Assembly (NCBI GenBank): GCA_964016885.1
Contig: OZ024743.1
Span: 354,144,001 to 354,208,000, forward strand
Direction of reading: 5' to 3'
DNA length: 64,000 nt
Source of the DNA: Eledone cirrhosa
Taxonomy: Eukaryota
The translations under genes and the position numbers were made by a program. A model generated the notes under the pieces. The model ran no database searches. It was not told the origin of the DNA and saw only the letters and a list, made by a program, of their open reading frames with translations. Shown here piece by piece: positions 60,060 through 64,000 of the stretch. Position 1 is the stretch's first letter. Each line of letters starts with the position of its first letter.

Positions 60060-61080
60060 GGAGAATCGGTGTTGCGACGAATACAATTTATTAGTGATAT
60101 TACAATCGTTTCTCTGGCGACCAGCTCGATTTTGGAAACTCTGCTTCGTAGAATCGAGACGCATCTGAGGACCTTGTGATTTCAGAGTCAAGTTCGATCA
60201 TTACATCGATCGTGCCTCGAACTGGTCGCCAACTACATAACATGGGTTTACATAAGGCAGGCCATAAGGAGGGGCTCAAATAAATACCCGATAGAGACAG
60301 CAACTACAACCTAACGACAACTACACTACGCGCACCTATAGGAATAACATATAGAACTAAACATGGAAATAGGCAGCGGGCACGCGAAATAGCCGAACCA
60401 AACACTAATATAGGGACCCCTAGAAACTCCAGAAAATCCAGAGATAGGAAATATTTATGGTTCAATCCAATCTTCAACTCTTCTATAAAAAACGAACCTA
60501 CCCACTATATTCTTTAAACTAATTGACACACACTTCCCTAAAATACACAAATACTAGATAATCTCTAACAGAAAAACTATTAAACTCTCTTACTCTACTG
60601 CAGGTAACATAATCACACATACATAAAATCAACTATAAAAGAATCTCTAAAGAATGTAATCTACCAACATACACCATAACACCAAATACAAAACGCAAAC
60701 ACATAACAGCATCACAGCCACCCACACGCCAGGGCACATCACAACAAAACACCAATAAACCTAAATCCCAGCCCATCCCTAACAACATGCAGAACCGCAA
60801 CAGGGAACCTACACTCAGGAAAGCAACCAAATATAACTGCCACCTACCGGATAAATGCCCACTGCAGAATAGATGCCTAGTAGCAAATATAGTATACCTG
60901 TGTACTATCAAATCTTGCAACCTAGCACGGCACTACATAGGTTCTAAGGCTGGAGATTTCAAAAAAAGATGGTAAGTGCATAGGCATTCTATAAAAAAAC
61001 CCGTAGACTTGAGAATACAACGACGCTGGCCAGTAAGATCTGGCAGCTTAAGGACATCAACCAGGAATATGGTAGAAGTT
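60060..61080 (+). mobile_element. PLE (Nematis-like) linker-EN fragment preceded by an inverted pseudo-LTR remnant
   Basis: WFNPIF..IKLSYST; YNCHLPDKCPLQNRCL..IVYLC..YIGS..FKKRW. 60060-60232 holds a minus-strand half-HHR. Confidence 0.8.
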
Positions 61081-61099
61081 ATCGAGTACAGGGGCCTAC

Positions 61100-61812
61100 A
61101 CAAATAGAATGTCCGAGATGCGCGCACGCACTCGTTCAGCGCCCGAGCATTGCTGTCTTGTGGAGCTATGATGTCGAACAGTTGCTGTCGCGTATAGAAC
61201 CGATCCGGTTATCGACTGAGTCCATTGTGCAGATGGTCTCGCCGTCTTCCTTCGAGGAGGAAGGGCAGGCGGTTTTCATCTGCCTGGTGGCCATGGCGAA
61301 AGAGATTGTATGGTGGACAAGGTTGAAAGGGTTAAAGACAGACACATTCCTCTTCGTCGAATCCCGGATTAACTTTTTCAAGTTTCACTTGAAGAAGAAA
61401 ATCAGGGTGGAGAGTCAAGTGCTGTCTTCTAGCAAGTTTGTTGAATGGTGGGTGAATATAGCGAGAATGGTCCGAGTGAACGGAACCGCTCTGTAGTTTG
61501 AGGAATGGAAAAATTGAGAGAGGGCGCTTGCCCTGGTGGCCAGGGTGGCCGTGGTCTTTTGTGTGGTTTTCGCCACGAGTAAACCTCGGAAGTTTCTCCC
61601 TTATTGGGGAATTTTTCATTGTTTCAATTTTTATTTTTATTGTTTATATATATATATGTTTCTATGTCTTTTTTTATTTTCTCATACAAATAATAAACAT
61701 TTTTACACGCACAAAACCCACATTGTACCGTCCTGTACCGTCTGTAATGTTTTTCTTGATGTCAGCTCTTGTGGCCAATAAAGAAATCATTATTATTATT
61801 ATTATTATTGTT
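61100..61812 (+). mobile_element. Tx1/L1-like LINE 3' end
   Basis: LVAMAKEIVWWTRLKG...INFFKFHLKKKIRVE, then AATAAA and an (ATT)n tail; interrupts the PLE EN. Confidence 0.7.
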
Positions 61813-63062
61813 TGAGTCTCAGTCATTGATGTTAGTTAACTGGAAAGTTTATTGAAATGAATATCAAGCCACTACCTGCAGCCTCAGATATTCAGGACGT
61901 ATCGGAGAGTTCTTGCTGTTCCCAGGAAGCATGCCTTTTGAAGCGTTCCCAAAAGCGTGGCGGGGCCAATTTTCTTTAACCATCCCTGGAAATTTTTTGA
62001 GATAGTACCTAGTGCGCCTATGACAATCGGGACCACTTTAACTTCATGGCAGTTCCAAATCCTTTTTACCTCCCACTTTAAGTCCTGGTATCGGTTATTT
62101 TTCTCCCTCTCCTTCTCTTGCACTCTCGTGTCGAATGGGCAGGCCACATACACAATCAGGCACGATCTTTTTTCCTTGTCCAAAACCACCAGGTCAGGTC
62201 TATTGTGTTCCAGTTTCTTGTCCGTCTGTATCCTAAAATCCCACAGCACCTTCACCTGATCGTTTTCTATCACCGACTCTGGCTTATGCTCATACCACTT
62301 CTCAGAATGTGGTAAATTGTTTATTTTGCATAGGTACCAGTGGATCACCCTGCCCATCACATCATGTCTCCAGCCCTTATAGTCAGTCTGGGCTAGGTGC
62401 TTACACTCGGATACAATGTGAGCCACAGTCTCCTCTCTCTCTCCACAAATCCTGCACAGTGGGCTAGCCTTCTCCTTGTAAATATGGTGTTTCAACCACT
62501 TCGTTTTGAGGGCCTGCTCTTGCGCAGCCATTAGCATTCCTTCTGTAGCCTTTTTAAGGTCTCCTCTTTTCAACCAGTTCCATGTATGTGGATCTCAGAA
62601 TTCAGTTTTCTCAAAGAAGGTACTATGAAGGGATTTTTCATGAAGGCTGCTCTTTCTCCTTGTTGTTATTTCTTCCTTGGACATCCCCTGGTCTATTGTC
62701 CTCTCCTTCAGTACAATTCTGAACATTGGCTCCTTACTATCAGTCACGTATTTGTGTAGGTTGTTTTTCTCCATCTGAACACAGTCCTCTATACTGATAA
62801 GACCTCTTCCACCTTCAGATCTCCTTAAGTAGATTCTATCGACATCACTCCTCTTGTGGAACATGTTGTAGATAGTCAATAGCTTCCTAGCTTTCCTATC
62901 CATTTCTTTTTGTTCAGCAACATTCCATCTCAGAATTCCTGCACTGTACCTAATAATAGACACAGCTCGGGAATTTACTGCACTTATGGCCTTCCTACTG
63001 TTCAGGTGTGACTTTAATACGCTCCTTACTCTCTGAATGTATTCAGATCTTATCAATTCCTT
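61813..63062 (-). mobile_element. 5'-truncated R4/Dong-like RLE non-LTR retrotransposon
   Basis: RIYLRRSEGGRGL; CCHC knuckle CRICGEREETVAHIVSEC; RHD; RPDLVVLD..VACP..EK..RY..L; PIVIGALG. (TAA)n on both sides. Confidence 0.9.
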
Positions 63063-63089
63063 CATTATTATTATTATTATTATTATTAC

Positions 63090-64000
63090 AGCTGCATTTA
63101 TCTTTCTTTATGTTCATACGAGTTATCACCAAGTCACAAGCAGTGACCTCAAGAGACAACAAGGTCCGCCATGTTCAAGAATGAACATACATACTCACAC
63201 ATGCATCTTTAGGTGTTTAGACTTGTGATGTAGTTATATTGACAGAATCTTCCTTAGTATATGGGCAGTTCCCATTAGTACTATCTTTTGTATTTCTCCT
63301 ATACGCGGGTTTCCTGGGATTTGCGATAAGTAATCATTAGACCCCTTAGGTATCATTCCTAGAGCGCCTACAACCACTGGTATTGTTTTAGTTCTCAATT
63401 TCCACATTTTTCCAATTTCTATCTCCAGGTCCTTATACTTGCTCAATTTTTCAAATGTTTTTATAGATACATTCTTGGCTATTGGAACGGACATATCAAT
63501 TAGCAGGTAATACCCTCTTTTTAAAGTTCTTCAGTATTATATCAGGTCTATTTGCATCTATTTTTCGGTCTGTTTGGATGCTAAAGTTCCACAAGATTGA
63601 GATGTGATCTTTTTCAAGTATGGGAGGTGGTTGATGCTCCCACCAATTCTTTTGATGGGGCAGGACAAAATGCTTACACATTATCCAATGTATGTATTGT
63701 GCAGCTCTGTCCTGCCTGTTTAGATATTCGGTTGGAGCTATAGGACTGCACATTGAAATTATATGGTCAATGGTCTCTGGTGTTTTTTACATACACGACA
63801 TAATGGGCTGCATCCATTTTTTTATTATGTTGGCTTGGTAATCTTGTGCTGATATAATCAGTCCTTCAGTCTCCGATTTCAGTCCATAGGATGCCAACCA
63901 CTGATGGGTTAAAGTTTTGTCAACATCAGGATTGTTAGCTCGTTCTGGGTATTTTCCATACAGAGGCTTTTCTTGCCATTTCTTAGCCAGTTTCTGTAGC
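63090..64000 (-). mobile_element. Second R4/Dong-like RLE retrotransposon 3' end (different family; continues beyond the window)
   Basis: ETEGLIISAQD; ETIDHIISMC; WNFSIQTDRKIDANRPDI; EKLSKYKDL; PVVVGALG; (TAA)n tail. Confidence 0.9.

Overview
AT-rich, repeat-saturated animal genomic DNA with no convincing host gene. An octopod cephalopod is the most likely source, inferred from the dominant tRNA-derived Nin-domain SINE, the (TA)n/(CA)n/(TACA)n density and the mix of transposable elements. The window contains a 200-N scaffold gap, about 20 SINE copies, six decayed Penelope-like element (PLE) bodies (RT and/or GIY-YIG), two R4/Dong-type and two Tx1/L1-type LINE 3' ends, RTE, CR1 and mariner relics, and hAT, piggyBac and mariner-like MITEs with target-site duplications. 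The main hidden signal is RNA structure. By eye I count about 14 type-I hammerhead ribozyme (HHR) motifs with both core halves, plus about 8 degenerate or variant ones, from several unrelated families. Many sit in non-coding palindromes that carry one ribozyme on each strand, and some have very long stem II arms (up to about 114 nt). Two diverged direct-repeat (LTR-body-LTR-like) non-coding elements also share a covarying, non-canonical hammerhead-like motif that I cannot assign to a known class. All folds were paired by hand and need computational and biochemical confirmation.
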